Assembly (NCBI RefSeq): GCF_009914755.1
Contig: NC_060938.1
Reading direction: 5' to 3' (one strand)
Origin: the human T2T-CHM13v2.0 reference genome, Homo sapiens
DNA length: 64,000 nucleotides
The notes under the pieces were generated by a model that searched no databases, was not told where the DNA came from, and saw only the letters and a list, made by a program, of their open reading frames with translations. Shown piece after piece: positions 1-14,276 of this stretch; positions within the stretch are counted from its first letter, which is position 1, and each line of letters starts with the position of its first letter. The position numbers and the translations under genes were made by a program.

Positions 1-655
1 CGCTCCGCCTCCCTGGATGAAATTGGCAGGAACCCATATGGTTAGAGCAGAATAAGTTGCATTCATTTCCAAGTTTTTCAGCGTCTCATATCCTACAGTG
101 CAAATTGTAGAGTACTTGGTGGTCCTCAGTGTCCATGGGACTAGAGAATGGGTGGGCTGGAGGCATATTTAGTTTTCCTTCATTTAATCCAAAGGCCAGC
201 ATGACTTTTGAAATTAGTACATTTCGCCATTCACACAGCCCTGACTGAGGATAACTGCAGAAGTAGCTGAGGGTAAAGAGGAGAGTGGGGACATTTTACT
301 GTTGGCACAAAACCAATTATCAGTCTGTTTTTATCCCCGTTTTGTTCCGAGATGGACTTTCATAAATGATGGAAGAACAGAATTGCCCTCCCAAGGATTT
401 TTTAAAAATATGTACTGTAATTAAAGAAGAAGAGAAAAAGATGGCCATTTGGGCAATTGTGTAAGTTAAGGCTATGAAAGCTGTAATTTGAAAAACTACA
501 TCGGTGGTAATGCTGTTTTAAGAGGGGAAAGAAAAATTAATTGTGAAAAAATAAACCTTGACACACAAATCAGAAGATATTAATACATAAGATGGTTAAT
601 TTAGGAAATAGAGCTGAAGTAGAGTGAAATCTTAGATGACTAGGTGACTCAGATC

Positions 656-946
656 TTTTTTTTTGTGATGGAGTCTCACTCTTTCGCTCAGGCTAGAGTG
701 CAGTGACATGATCTTGCCTCACTGCAACCTCTGCCTCTGGGGTTCAAGCAATTCTCCTGCTTTAGCCTCCTGAGTGGCTGGGATTACAGGTACCCGCCAC
801 CACGCCTGGCTAATTTTTGTATTTTTAGTAGAGACGGGGTTTCACCATGTTGGCCGGGCTGGTCTCAAACTCCTGACCTCAGATGATTCACCCACCTCCG
901 CCTCCCAAAGTGCTGGGATTACAGGTGTGAGCCACTGTACCCGGCC
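656..946 (-). mobile_element. Alu (AluS-type), full length
   Basis: poly-T then gatggagtctcactc...gctgggattacaggtgtgagccactgtacccggcc; TSD-like gactcagat/gacttagat. Confidence 0.97.
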
Positions 947-1034
947 GACTTAGATGTTAAAGCAGCAGCAAAATAATCGCAGACCCTGGGATAATCTGGC
1001 ATCAGTTTTGAAGAAATAAAAATATTAATACTAG

Positions 1035-1225
1035 TGGTGGCTAATATTAGTTGAGTGCTTACTACATACCTGGTATTGTGCTTTTTAATGTTTTATCCTA
1101 TTTCTTTTTAAAAACAAACATTTAAATTAAGTGTTAGATTTTCCCCCATTTGTCAGAGAAGACAACTGAGGCATAGAGTGGTTACTTTATCTGAGCCAGG
1201 ACTGGAACCCAGGTCTTTCTGACCA
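1035..1225 (-). mobile_element. MIR fragment
   Basis: cccatttgtcagagaagacaactgaggc and ggactggaacccaggtctttctgac resemble the MIR core in reverse. Confidence 0.7.
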
Positions 1226-3294
1226 GAAAGTCTCTTTTATTTACCAAGCACTTCTTCCCAGATAATAGTACTATAATTCTGCAAATAAGAGCTTCCTCAG
1301 GGAACCAAAGCATAAATCCAGAAGCTTGGCTTCAGAAAAACCCAAGGAAGCTGAAAGGAACCTGTACTCCTGTCACTGCCTGTCTATAATATCCTTCATT
1401 TTTGCTCTTTCTATTCTGGGGCTTTTTATTACTGTTAACCAATTTTAAAACACCAAAAGGTGTTCTTCAAGAATTAATTAAAAAGTAATAAAGGCATTAT
1501 TCCTTAATAAATATTTAATGTAATATCTTATATGGCTAGACTCAATAAAAATTAAATCTGTCTTTGAGACACTTAACTGGAAGAGGTGTCCAAATCAGTA
1601 ATATGGTAGAACTTTGCCCCAGGAAGAGGGCCTCCTCCCCTAAGGAAGTTTAGAACCATAGAGAGACGTAGAAACCCCTATCTCTATGTGAATAGTGTCT
1701 TGCCTCTTATTAAGACCAACTCCATTTCATCTCTTCAAAAATGTATTTGCTGGTTTCTGCACAATGACTTCAATTTTTTTTAGCATCTCAAATATTTATA
1801 CCAATTTGTCAGCAGCAAGTATCAGTGGCAGGTGGAAATAAAGTATTATTTAGGCTGAGATATCCAATTTTTACTTGCTTGGCTACTTTCTTGAAAGATG
1901 ATGCTTTAGAAAATGAAATACAACATTTATCATTGTTTTGTTGACTACAAGAGATGGAGTTTGCTCTCTTTGCTGTGACCCAGTTAGTTCACATAGCAGG
2001 GCCTTTACAACCCCCATCTCCAAATCCCTCCACCGCAGCACAGGAGAAATGTTTGCAAACCATTATTTGAAAGGCAGAGCAGTGCTGTTTTTTAATGCAG
2101 CATTGTGTAATCTACCTTCTGCAAGTTACAGTTTGTTTCAAAGTAGTGGATAATAACCATTAATGTTTTTGGATTTGCATGTGGACTGCAGCATCACATG
2201 TTACTAAATATTCAGGGATGAGACGAGGAGAGAGAGTGTGTGAATGGCAGGTAGAAAACGGTAAGATGGTTAATCGAGTTTCAAAGAAATGATAGGGAAG
2301 ATTGTCCATCTATATTTAGCCCCCACCATAACATTATTATTTATGGAATATTTTGAAAATGACTTTCTTCATTCATTGAACAAATATTTTTTTGAACACT
2401 TCCTACTGGACCCCTTCACACTCCCTGATTCTTAACTCAATATTTGATGGGTTATTTCATTTGAACAAATAATTCAAATCATCCTTTTGCTAAGTTTAAT
2501 TTTATTAAACTGCTTAGTCTGAGACTTCCCACTTTCTGTGTTGCAAGAAGCTGTGGTCATTGACTATCTCCTGATTTTGGACTTTTCTTGCCAGTGACTT
2601 GCAGGTGACATAATGTGAGTGCTCCAGTTCTCTCACTTGGAATCTCAGAGAATATAATGTTGGTGATGAAAATCAAAGACATGTAGACTTTCTATGTGAA
2701 CAACAGATTCCCCATGAATGCACTGTGAAATACATAAATTGCTATGTTAGTTTCTTTTTGTACATTGACTTTTGGTGTAAATACCCTGAGGAGGACTGAC
2801 AGCCATAGCCAACTTCTCAGTGCATTGCATAAAAATAATGAAATCACTTTTGCCTCACGTTTGTTGTTGCATTAGACCTAACGGGGTAATTGATGTTGAG
2901 CTTGGCTTTTTACATATACAAGCTTGAGATGAGGCAGAACCAAGGATGTGGATTTAGTTAACCTTATTTTAAAGCAGTTACTTAACCTCTATTTTAGATC
3001 ACTATGTTAAAAAGAAACAATCTTATGTGGGACAGCAAAGACAGAACAGAGAATTAATCGTTTTCTCTCTTTTTGTCTTTGATCAGTTATTCAATCAGTT
3101 GACCAATTTTTGACTTAATACACACAACTCCTAGATGCCATTGGGCTAAATAATGTTGGGTATGAAAAAAAGGAGGGCTAAGTTCTAACATATGAGGAGC
3201 AAGGTGGTGTTGGCTAGGTAAACCTAAGTCAATTTGAAAAATCCCAACTGGTGTACAAGTAAATGGTAACTCTTGTGGTTCAAAGGTCTTGAGG

Positions 3295-3660
3295 AATTAA
3301 TTCATAGTTCTTCACTGCAAGCAGAGAAGCTGTGTCTAGTAGTTCAAGCAAAATGAATTTATTTTATCGTGTAGCTCACAGAATTACTGGGAGAACAGAA
3401 GAAAAGACCAGCATGCCTCACTCAGAACATATCTGTCAAGCAAACTGCTGTCCCCACTGCCAAACACCAGATTCTAGAGTTGGTATGACTACTAATTCTG
3501 GACCAGACACTCAACCTTGCATCCCACACAGTACCTGCTGCCATGAACAAACAGAGAGCTCTCCATTCTTTCTCTCTTGCATCACTAGCTACTGGGTCAA
3601 AGTCAAACCAGGATATAAATCTTACTGGAGGTCCCTCAGTCAATGTCAAGTAAATAAGCA
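3295..3660 (-). mobile_element. Old MaLR LTR fragment (MLT1M/MLT1N2-like)
   Basis: ttcaagcaaaatgaatttatt...gtagctcacagaatt and tgcatcactagc...tcaaagtc resemble reversed old MLT1 LTR; highly diverged. Confidence 0.5.
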
Positions 3661-5538
3661 ATGCTAAAAAAGCAAACAGAGAGCATTGCCATTTTCTAAA
3701 GCAGGTCTTTGGTGTCCACTCAAACTAATAAACTGTGGAATTCTCCAAATATGAAAGGGGGTTCAACCACTGAGCAGCTTAAATAAGAGATAAATTGTCA
3801 CATACAAATCAAAGTAAATATTTTCCTGCAAGGCTTGTTTATTCATATATACCTATATGGGACATGGTGAAGGAATTTTAGACTACATCTTTATGGTTTA
3901 TTCTTTGTAAGGTTACAATTATCCAGCCAACCAGCTAATTTTATACTTCTACTTCATCTACTTATATGAGAGGTTTTCAGATTATTTTATATTATATTTC
4001 CCTTTTTAGAGAGCAAACAGGAAACTATTGGGTTGATTTCACTGTTGGGTTTATTTTTCACTGGAAAAATAAAACTTTTTTGAATATTTTCATACTTATG
4101 GAAAACATTTTGGCAGATGACAGAAAAGTTTTGTTTTCTAAAAAACTCAATATATTCTAACCAGAATAGTATTTTAAACATCTTAGATTATATTACAAAT
4201 GAAGAATAATTAGAAAACTTTTAGTGAAGCAATCACTAATATTGAGTGGCATAACAGAGCATACAGAATTAAAAAAAATGGAAATTATAGAAATTAAAAA
4301 TTATGAGCCACTGAAAACAGAAATATAGCTTGGAATGTGTTCTAAAACTTTCAAACAATAAAACTTCCATGTAATTCTTATATCGAACAAACTATAAAAA
4401 TGCTTATGCAAGTTTGGGATTAATCTTCTACAGAGATAAGAAAAATGATTTTTAACCACTACAAACATAAGGAATAAAATACACATGCCAAAACATTTAA
4501 CATTTTTACTGGTGTACTCAAAAGGAGCTACTTTATAAGTACTGAAATTATTAGTTTTTTTGCCATATGCTGATGTAACTTTATTTAGAAAAAGTAGCTC
4601 TTTGGATAGACACATTCAAGAAGCAAAATTAGTGCTGTTGGCTGAAGTTCAAAGCCACACTTTTTAGAGGGCACCACCACTGGCATCACCAACAACAGCT
4701 TCATCATGAGCAGAAGCATTATTTTCTCAGCCTTTGAAGATAAAAGACTAGTTAGCATAAGGAAGGACAGTAGGCTAGGAAGTGAGTCTATTGTCCTAAG
4801 ACATATTTTATTAGTTAGCTGTCAGACTCAACTTATATCCACATAGCTGGGGCTTTATGGCCCAAGGACCAAGGAACTCCAAGGATTGTAAAACACGTTC
4901 CAATTACCACAACGGTGCACAACTGAGTTGTTTTACTTCCTTATGCCATTTTACGACGTTGAATAACTTTCCATATGTCTCACACCACCCCCCAACCCCG
5001 GCAGTTTGAGGATCAACTAAATGAATAGCAAACAACTAAACAAAGTATGAGAGTTGGTGAACTGAGCATTTCAAATTCCTCTATGCTTGCAAGTAGAGTC
5101 TATATTGAGTCTTTTCATCACCTGTGACCTAAGAACCAATTCCTGACAATGCGAGATGCCTGCGAGGGCACGAGAAGAAGTTCTACATCTTTCTCCATTG
5201 GTGTTTATGGTTCCATTTGCTCAGGTAAGGGCTATTTCCAGAAGAGTTCATGCTGGAAAAATACAAATGGCCAAAATAAGTGATTTTCTCACTGATCTCA
5301 CAGGTTTCCAGGGATCCCCTGGTTCCTCTGTAGTGCAGTAGGAGCGAGTCTGGGGACATTTTGGTGTTTCCTGGTCTCCACTGCTGCTTCAGCTAATTCA
5401 GTGTGTCTTTTTTCTTTTACATATCAGGACATGAGTGTGATATCATTTTTTGAAAAAGGAATTCTACCATAACAAAAACAAACAAGAAAAAGCAAAAACC
5501 TTTGTGAGTCACCAGCAGAAAGAAAACTTCTGAAGGAT

Positions 5539-6606
5539 CAACAAAGCCTAAATGATAGCACATCTGTTTACAGCATGGTTACTGAACATATTAGCCCACT
5601 GTTGAGACCTTTTGTTCAGGAAAAAAAGATTACTGTCAAAATATTACTGCTCATTGACAATGCACCTAGTCACCCAACAGCTATATAAAGGTGTGCAAGG
5701 AGAATGCACACCTTGTAAATGTTGTTTTTATGCCTGTGAACACAATATCCATTCTGCAGCCCATGGAACAAGAAGCAATTTCAACTTCCTAGACATATTT
5801 TTAAGAAATACATTTTGTAAGGCTATGGCTGTCATAAGTAGTTATTTGTCTAATGGAACTGAACCAAGTAAATTGAAAGCCTTCTGGAGAAAATTTATCA
5901 TTCTAGATGCCATAAAGAATTTGTGATTTGTAGAAAGAGGTCAAAATATCAACATCAACAGGAATTTGGAAGAATTTAGTTCCAACCCTCATGCATGATC
6001 TTGAAGGGCTCAAGGCTTCCGTGGAAGAAGTCACTGTAGATGTGATCGAAATAGCAAGAGAATTAGAATTGGGAGTGGAGCCTGAAGATGGGACTGAATT
6101 GTTATAATCTCATGATCAAACTTGGATGGATGAAGAGTTGTTCTTATGGACGAGCAAAGAAAAACAATGTTGAAATGACAGCAAAGAACTTAGAATATTA
6201 CATAAACCTAGTTGATAAAGCAATGTCAGGGTTTGAGAGGATAGACCCCAGTTTGGAAAGACGTTCTACTGTGGGTAAAATGCTATGAAACAACGTTGCA
6301 TGCTACAGAGAAATAGTTCATGAGAAAAGGAGTCAATCAATGCAGCAAACTTCACCATTGTTTTATTATAAGAACTTACCACAGCCACCACAATCTTCAG
6401 CAACCACTACCCTGATCAGTCAGCAGCCATCAATGTGGAGGCAAGACCCTCCACCAGCAAAAATATTACAACTCACTGAAAGCTCAGATGATGGTCGGCA
6501 TTTTTTTTTTAGCAATAAAGCATTTTAAAAGTAAGGTATGTACGTTGTTATTCTCAGACTTATTGCCATTGCACACTTAACGGACTACAGTACAGTGTAG
6601 GCATAT
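5539..6606 (+). mobile_element. Tigger1 DNA transposon, 3' half (decayed pogo-type transposase)
   Basis: 5641-5676 encodes [12 protein letters not shown] and nearby QPMEQ (consensus QPMDQ); 3' part ccctgatcagtcagcagccatcaa...gcaagaccctccaccagcaaaaa matches Tigger1; frameshifts and stops; terminal inverted repeats absent. Confidence 0.93.
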
Positions 6607-7259
6607 AATGGACCTGTTGGAGGAAGTCTTATGAGTATGGCATGATTATTTTCCTAAATCTTTTTAATAGTGATGATTATAAGGCTATTATAAAGTAAGT
6701 GCTTTAAAAATCTCACATACTTACATATTTCGCCTGTTGAAATTCATTAGGAAGTGGTTCTGTTTCTACTTCCTTCTTGCTCCCCCTCCCAAGAGCATAA
6801 CTTCCCATTTTTCCTGAATCTACATATCTGGCCAAATTGAAAGTGCTGCTCATAAAACAAATATGTATAACCAAAGTGAAATAACCTGAGTATAATAATT
6901 TTTATCTTCCACGTACATTCATTCTTTTAAACTTCCAAGTCTTATCGAATCATTTCACCTTCTTTGAGACTATTGTGATAACTGGATGGGAATTCAGATA
7001 TATCCTACCATTCGTATAGACTCAATGCAGAAATCTTCTGATCAACATACTTGTCTTTCTCTTTTGGCGTCACCATCCTTTCTTCTTGTTACAGCCTTCC
7101 TTGAGGCACAGAAAGTAGATTTCTAACTTCTCAGGGAAACTTATGATCCAATGAGCTCATTCTGGGTAGTTTCTTCCCTTCAATATTACAAATTTGAAAT
7201 CATTAGTCACTTTACCATGAAGAGAAGTTAGGGGTGATGATGTTAAGAGGTGAAGATTG

Positions 7260-7500
7260 GCCTTTATTGGGAGCTTATGTGTGTCAGGTATTTGCAGGGA
7301 ACTTTATGTGTATGACCACATTTAATCCTCATGCCAAGCATCTCAGTAAGTGTACATGGAATGAATGGATGAACAATGGCACTGAAGTGTTGCCCATTTT
7401 CTGTATTAAGAAAAATAATATTTAAAGATGTGACATAACTCCTGAATTTCCAGGCAGCTTATAATTGTTCAGAGCTTGTTCTGACAACAAAAGCTTATAT
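7260..7500 (-). mobile_element. MIR fragment
   Basis: tttattgggagcttatgtgtgtcagg...catttaatcctca...cccattttctg. Confidence 0.6.
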
Positions 7501-7831
7501 GAGTAACCAAATGGTTATGCTATTCCTTTTCAGTTTTAAGCTTCAAGGGAATGAATATGAATATAGAGATGCTCAGATTTACTGTGGTTGAAGAAATGAG
7601 GGGAAAGTGACTGCCCTTCTCATGGGTAAAATAATTAGATTATAGGTGAGGGTTGCTATTAAAAATTCTCTAGCAGAAGGTACCTATGGTCCCATGACTG
7701 GCTGTAGAAATTCCTCTCTACAAGGACTTTCATACCTAATCAAAAGAACGCTTTCCCTCATCTCCCAACTTTGAATTCTCTCATCGCCATTTGAGAAAGT
7801 TCAGAAGCATATGTTGCTCTTCCATCACACA

Positions 7832-7847
7832 CCAGTAGATGGCAGCA
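7832..7847 (+). promoter_or_regulatory. Candidate CTCF-binding motif
   Basis: CCAGTAGATGGCAGCA fits the CTCF core CCASYAGRKGGCRSYA at every position, in non-repetitive sequence. Confidence 0.55.
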
Positions 7848-8599
7848 AAAGTCCATCCTTGGCTCCTAAAAGTTTGCCTCTGAGTTCCTGCACAATGCAA
7901 AGATAAAGGCAGCTTTTAAAAATATAATAATCTACCTCCTTACCTGACACGTCGGAAGGGCTGATTTTCCAGGTCACACATGTCTTATTACTTTCGAAAA
8001 TAATCATGTGGAAAGGCTTTTCATTGTGTTTGCTGTTACATTTCTGCACAGTGGTGACTGCGAAGCCAAAATCAAACTAATAGCAGGGGAAAAAAAAAGT
8101 GACAACCCAAGAGAAGTGCATATAATTTCCGTTAAGAATGTTCCTCATGGGTTTTCAAAGAAGCTTTCATCACCAAATCTGATCAGTGAAGCAGTCTTGT
8201 TCATAAATAATTTATCAGTCTCTCTTCTCTATCTCATCCTTCCTACCAGTGAAACAAGCAAAATGCAACTTTGGGTGAATTCTCTTTTAAGAATATCTGA
8301 GGAGAAACATTTTTCACCAGTCTTCACTGTTAGAAATGTAGCTACAGCATAATGTAAACCATATACAACAAAAGAGGGTTTTTTTGTTGTTATTTAATTG
8401 GAATTTTCTTTTTGAAGGCTGTTACCCTTGGCATTTAGCATTTTACGTTAGTATTTATTTGATTTTCAGCCTGTTGCTGGCTAGTTCATCTGGGCAACAT
8501 GCTTTGGATATTATGGATAATGTACAGTGATTGGCCTGAATTTAAAACAAATTGGTTTCCTGACCTGGAAGAGAGGAACCGTTAGTATAGGCACAGTGT

Positions 8600-8770
8600 T
8601 GCTACTGCCTAACTATTTGACAAGCAAATAACCTCTCCTAGCCTTTGTTTCATTTTTCCCTAAAATGAGGATAAGCGTAGCTTATGGAATTGTTGTGAGG
8701 ATTATATAAAATTAAATGCATCAATGCAATAAACTTCTAGCTTAGTTATATGCTAAAAATTCGCTGATAA
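8600..8770 (+). mobile_element. MIR fragment
   Basis: taaaatgaggataa...gttgtgaggatta MIR core. Confidence 0.6.
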
Positions 8771-9611
8771 CTGAATGTGAATTGAAAGAGAGGAGACTGG
8801 TGATAGCTAAGATGACTCCAGTTTTAAGTGTCTGTGATTCTGTTAGTTTCTTTCCACTCAACCCTAGAGTTACTGATATTCATCTTAAGAGGGGAAGACA
8901 CTTGAAAGATGCTGAGATGAAAATGTTACGAAGGATGAGAGAATTTGCCGTGGAGAAGAGTGGTCTGATTTTTACTACTAAGAAGTGGCTTTAGTTCATC
9001 CTTGCCAAAAGTTCATCATCCATAAGTGAGCACTGTTGGAAAAGAAGGAGAAGAATGATACCATGAGGAAGAAGCAAAATATGAAAAACAAAGCCTCTGA
9101 AGGAATAAAAAAAAGATACTATCATTTTTTGCACTTGATCCATGGAAAACTGTCTAGGATCTGAAAACAAGGAAGATGGTGTTGAGGAATGCCTCAAAAA
9201 TTAGGTAAAGTACAAAATAATAGAGACTCTTGCCCAAGAGTCTCTTATTTTAATTTTGCCATTTATTTTGGAACTAATTCTTGCACCAGGAAATAACATC
9301 ATTTCCTTACTGACGTCAGCCTGGCAACCGACCTTCACAGGTGTGGTATTTTCTCCAGCGTTTTGGGACCATCCATCCTTTTGATGCCATAGCACTTCAC
9401 AAACATCACCACACTGCAGCTTCTGAACACTCAAGTGAACAGGTGCTTTAAGTCCTAGTTTTGCTGATGAAGAAACAGAGATTCAAAGAAACTGATTTTG
9501 TCAAAGATTGCCTAATTCTGAAGTCAGGATAGGGTATCAGAGATCTAGAAGTTTCTCTTATTACCACTGCTGCCCCACTGAGGCCATAGCTAGTAATACA
9601 ATTAAGAAATA

Positions 9612-9907
<296 letters not shown>

Positions 9908-10269
9908 GAAATAATGGTCAAACATGAGGTTTTTGAAGGTAGAGCGACTACTTGGGTTCCAGTTTCCATTGCCATTTCCAGCCTGTGTGACTGCAGCCAC
10001 GCTACTTTTCAGGAAGGAAGGACTTAATGATCACTTAATGATCACCCTGGACAAGGGTAGTTGGGTTTTTACTGCTGAGAGGTAGTTGTAGTTCACCTTT
10101 GTTTATGCAACAATGAATATTAATTAAAAATGGAATACATGATAGCTTGAAGAAGAGGAAACAATACTTTTGATAAACCACGACCTTGATGGAAATAGAA
10201 AGGGTACTGTTACCATTGTCTGTTCTTGGGAAGTACAGAGGAAATTGCTCAGGATTTGAGCAAAAAGGA

Positions 10270-10480
10270 AATCAAGACCAGCTTTGGGTCAAATTCTGGG
10301 TGAAATCCTGGCTTCTAAACAACCATGTAGGTGGGCCACCTCTGAGAGCTTCCTCATGTTAAAATGGAAATGGTAACAGCACATCTTTTAAGAGTTAAAT
10401 TTTAAGTATAAAATGAGCTTATGCGGGGTGAAATGCTTACCACAGTGTTGTCACGTGGAAGGTGCTTGATAACATGTCAG
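10270..10480 (+). mobile_element. MIR fragment
   Basis: gggtgaaatcctggct...gcttcctcatgttaaaatgg...tgcttaccacagtg. Confidence 0.65.
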
Positions 10481-10974
10481 CTCTTGCCATTACCACTGCA
10501 TACCACTACTACAGTCATAGCTCCATCTATGGGAACTTGGAGTTCTTGTTAAGGGCTGAGGACTAATTTGGCCTTGAAAATTAACTTGGTCATATTTAGG
10601 GAGATCAACAGTAAACTTCCAAAATTTCAACTAAAGTGCTTTAAAAAATCCTTGCGTTGCAAGTATAGTATTATCGCTCTATCTTTATTTTGGTCTTAAA
10701 TTTGAAACATATCCATGGAATATGCATACCCCGTAAATGTCTCTCTTTGCCAGTTATGGTTACAAATTGAATTTCCTGCCCCTCAAGGTAGTCCTGATAA
10801 TGAAAATAAAACAATTATGATACAGGACTCTGACCTATTTTCTAGAAATGAATACCCTGTTTAAACCTGAAAAATATAATTAATTCTTTGAACAGCAGAT
10901 GCTATTTTTTGATGAACTGCTAAAACTTTTGACTCAGTACTTCCTTATCTGAAAAATGTGAGGCTAGACTGGTT

Positions 10975-11140
10975 CCAGCTATCATTTTTTGAGCATTTAT
11001 CACATGCTAGGTTCTGTGGTAAGTGTATTACATACATATCTTTATTAAACTGACAGCCACCTTTGTGAAGTACATGCTATTTCCGTTTTATAAAGGAGGA
11101 TACTCAGGCTCAACATTGAAGTAAGCAGCCCAAGATCTTA
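10975..11140 (-). mobile_element. MIR fragment
   Basis: tttttgagcatttatcacatgctagg...gttttataaaggaggatactcaggctca. Confidence 0.6.
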
Positions 11141-11598
11141 TTGGCCAGCAGGAAGATCCGGCACGTGGCCAGCACATGGTACAACTATGATCTGCACACA
11201 GATTTTGGGAATCTGAAGCTTGTGTTTATAACAACTTCGGAAATCTAACATTACTTTGAAGATCTCTTCTTTATGTAACATCCTGGGATTACACTTAAAA
11301 GACTCTTTATTGTAATAGGTAGAAGTGTTTTGACATGTTGCCTTCAGCTTGAGGGGGAACAAGACAATTTAGCAAAAATCAACATAGTGTATCAGGTATA
11401 CATTTACACATGATCACTCAGGGGCACAGAAATATAACTTTTTAGTTTTTTATACTTAAACTCCATTTTGTTCTCAAGTTCTCTCAAGCTGTCTAGAGCA
11501 GACAACTTATTTTATGGCACTCTGGTATATTCAGTCCAAATTGGTCAAATTTGCAGTCAAATTTAGGTATTATTCTTTTAGCCACAATTCTAGTTTAA

Positions 11599-12315
<717 letters not shown>

Positions 12316-12551
12316 CCAGCCCTTTTCTTTCTCTTTGTTCCCATTTGGGAAGAGCTAAAACCCATAGTCATGGAGAGGAGAGGCATCTCTGGTCAGTGCA
12401 GTAGCCTCTGGATTTGTGCTAGTGTTTGTTGGCAAAGAAACTGCTCCTACTTGATTGGTGACTTGTTCTAATATTTGCTACAGACGGACAAGTTTCATGA
12501 ACTCTGCACCTTCTTTGTTCTGACTATGGACATAATTCAGTGGATTTCTAG

Positions 12552-12946
<395 letters not shown>

Positions 12947-13569
12947 TGGGAGAACCATCTTAGTCCTTCTCTCTGTCTTGTTATACCACACCTTTCTTTC
13001 GCTCCACTTTGACTGCCTCAGATTGGCATGCCTCCTTGCTGTAAGTCAAAAACCAGGGAATGCAGAGCCTGTTGAATACAGAAGTAGCATTGAATCTTTG
13101 TCTTGCTCCTTCTAAATCTCTCTATTTCTCCACTTACTCTCCTTTCCCCCTTCCCATGTCTCAGGCTACAAAGAGCTTTTCCCTTTATTTATGGGGAGGA
13201 ACTTTCTTTATGTCATGTCCCATTTCCTTCCTTTTCTGTAGTTACTATATAGTCACACTTTGATGCTTGCTTTGTATTACATTAAAAATCCAGCTTTCTG
13301 AGTTTTCAGGAAACCCTTTTATTTGAAGCCTTGGCTCAGAAATACTGTTTAATTATGGATATATGGAAGTTTAATTTGATAAAACAAAAATTAGGCAATG
13401 GCTCCCTTATTCTTGGCATGGAAGCAATTACAAATGCCTTGGCTATAATTTGCTGATGGGCATAGATCCTAAGGACACTTGGAAACGATTAGGAGTTCCA
13501 GATGGGGTAGAGAACTCCAGATTTGTGCTCACCTTCTACAGCACAGAGCTTTCCCTGGATGCTCAGCAT

Positions 13570-13923
13570 ACATTGATATTTTCCACTTATATACCCTTGT
13601 AAGTGTGTCCATGGGACTGGTTCTAACCAGTGAAATGTGAAAGAATTATTGTCTATCAATTCCAAGTTGACATGGTTAATACATGGGTGTGCTTTATCTG
13701 TCCGCTACCTGGATATTAACATCAGTGTTGGCCCCAGGGTTAATACTAATTAATCCTGTATTAATACTAGTTAATCCTTTGTCAGCTTGGGTTTCTGCAC
13801 ACCTGTATGAATTAGACAATTCTTGCCCATTCTCTTGTGCAGAGGGAAATAACTTGTATTGTGTTACCCACTGAGGTTTTTGTATTCATTTCTTGTATCA
13901 GCTAGTGCTACTTCAACTAACAA
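13570..13923 (+). mobile_element. MaLR LTR (MLT1G/H-like)
   Basis: ccatgggactggttctaaccagtgaaatgtga and 3' end gaaataacttgtattgtgttacccactgagg...agctagtgctacttcaactaaca. Confidence 0.65.
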
Positions 13924-14098
13924 TGAAGGACTGAAAAGACATTGGTATAATGTATTTAAAAAATTATTCCTGCTATAATAACAAAGTAAAATTTCCTTAC
14001 AAGCAACAATAGGTCTTCAAAAAAAGAAGAAAACATTATTGCCTCCACTCTTTATTTGGACTGTGCATACCTAATATACTTTGATGCTGGGTGTAAGT

Positions 14099-14276
14099 CA
14101 AGGGTTGGCAAACTCTGGCCCGTGGTTGTTTTTGTATGGTCCATGGGCTAAAAATAGATTTTTACTTTTAAGCAACTGTACAAAACAAAGAAGAATATGC
14201 GGCAGAGATCATACATGGCCCTCAAAGTATAAAATACTTGCTATCTGGTCCTTTACAAAAAATGAGCCATGCCTTG
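14099..14276. mobile_element. MER58-family hAT-Charlie MITE
   Basis: TIR-like agggttggcaaac; aaaatacttgctatctggtcctttacaaaaaa typical of MER58. Confidence 0.85.

Noticed and set aside
1-20. GC-box-like cgctccgcctccc at the window edge
   Set aside because: Too little context; the following sequence is not a CpG island.
2662-2790. Box C (gtgatga) and a later ctga suggesting a C/D snoRNA
   Set aside because: No terminal stem and no recognisable guide; chance motifs.
5612-6528. Possible domesticated TIGD-like transposase gene
   Set aside because: Frameshifts, stops, an internal deletion and a missing 5' half; an ordinary Tigger1 fossil.
10022-10045. Short tandem duplications (acttaatgatc x2; also near 15530, 31104, 33785, 49131)
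   Set aside because: Ordinary slippage products; no repeat-spacer array.
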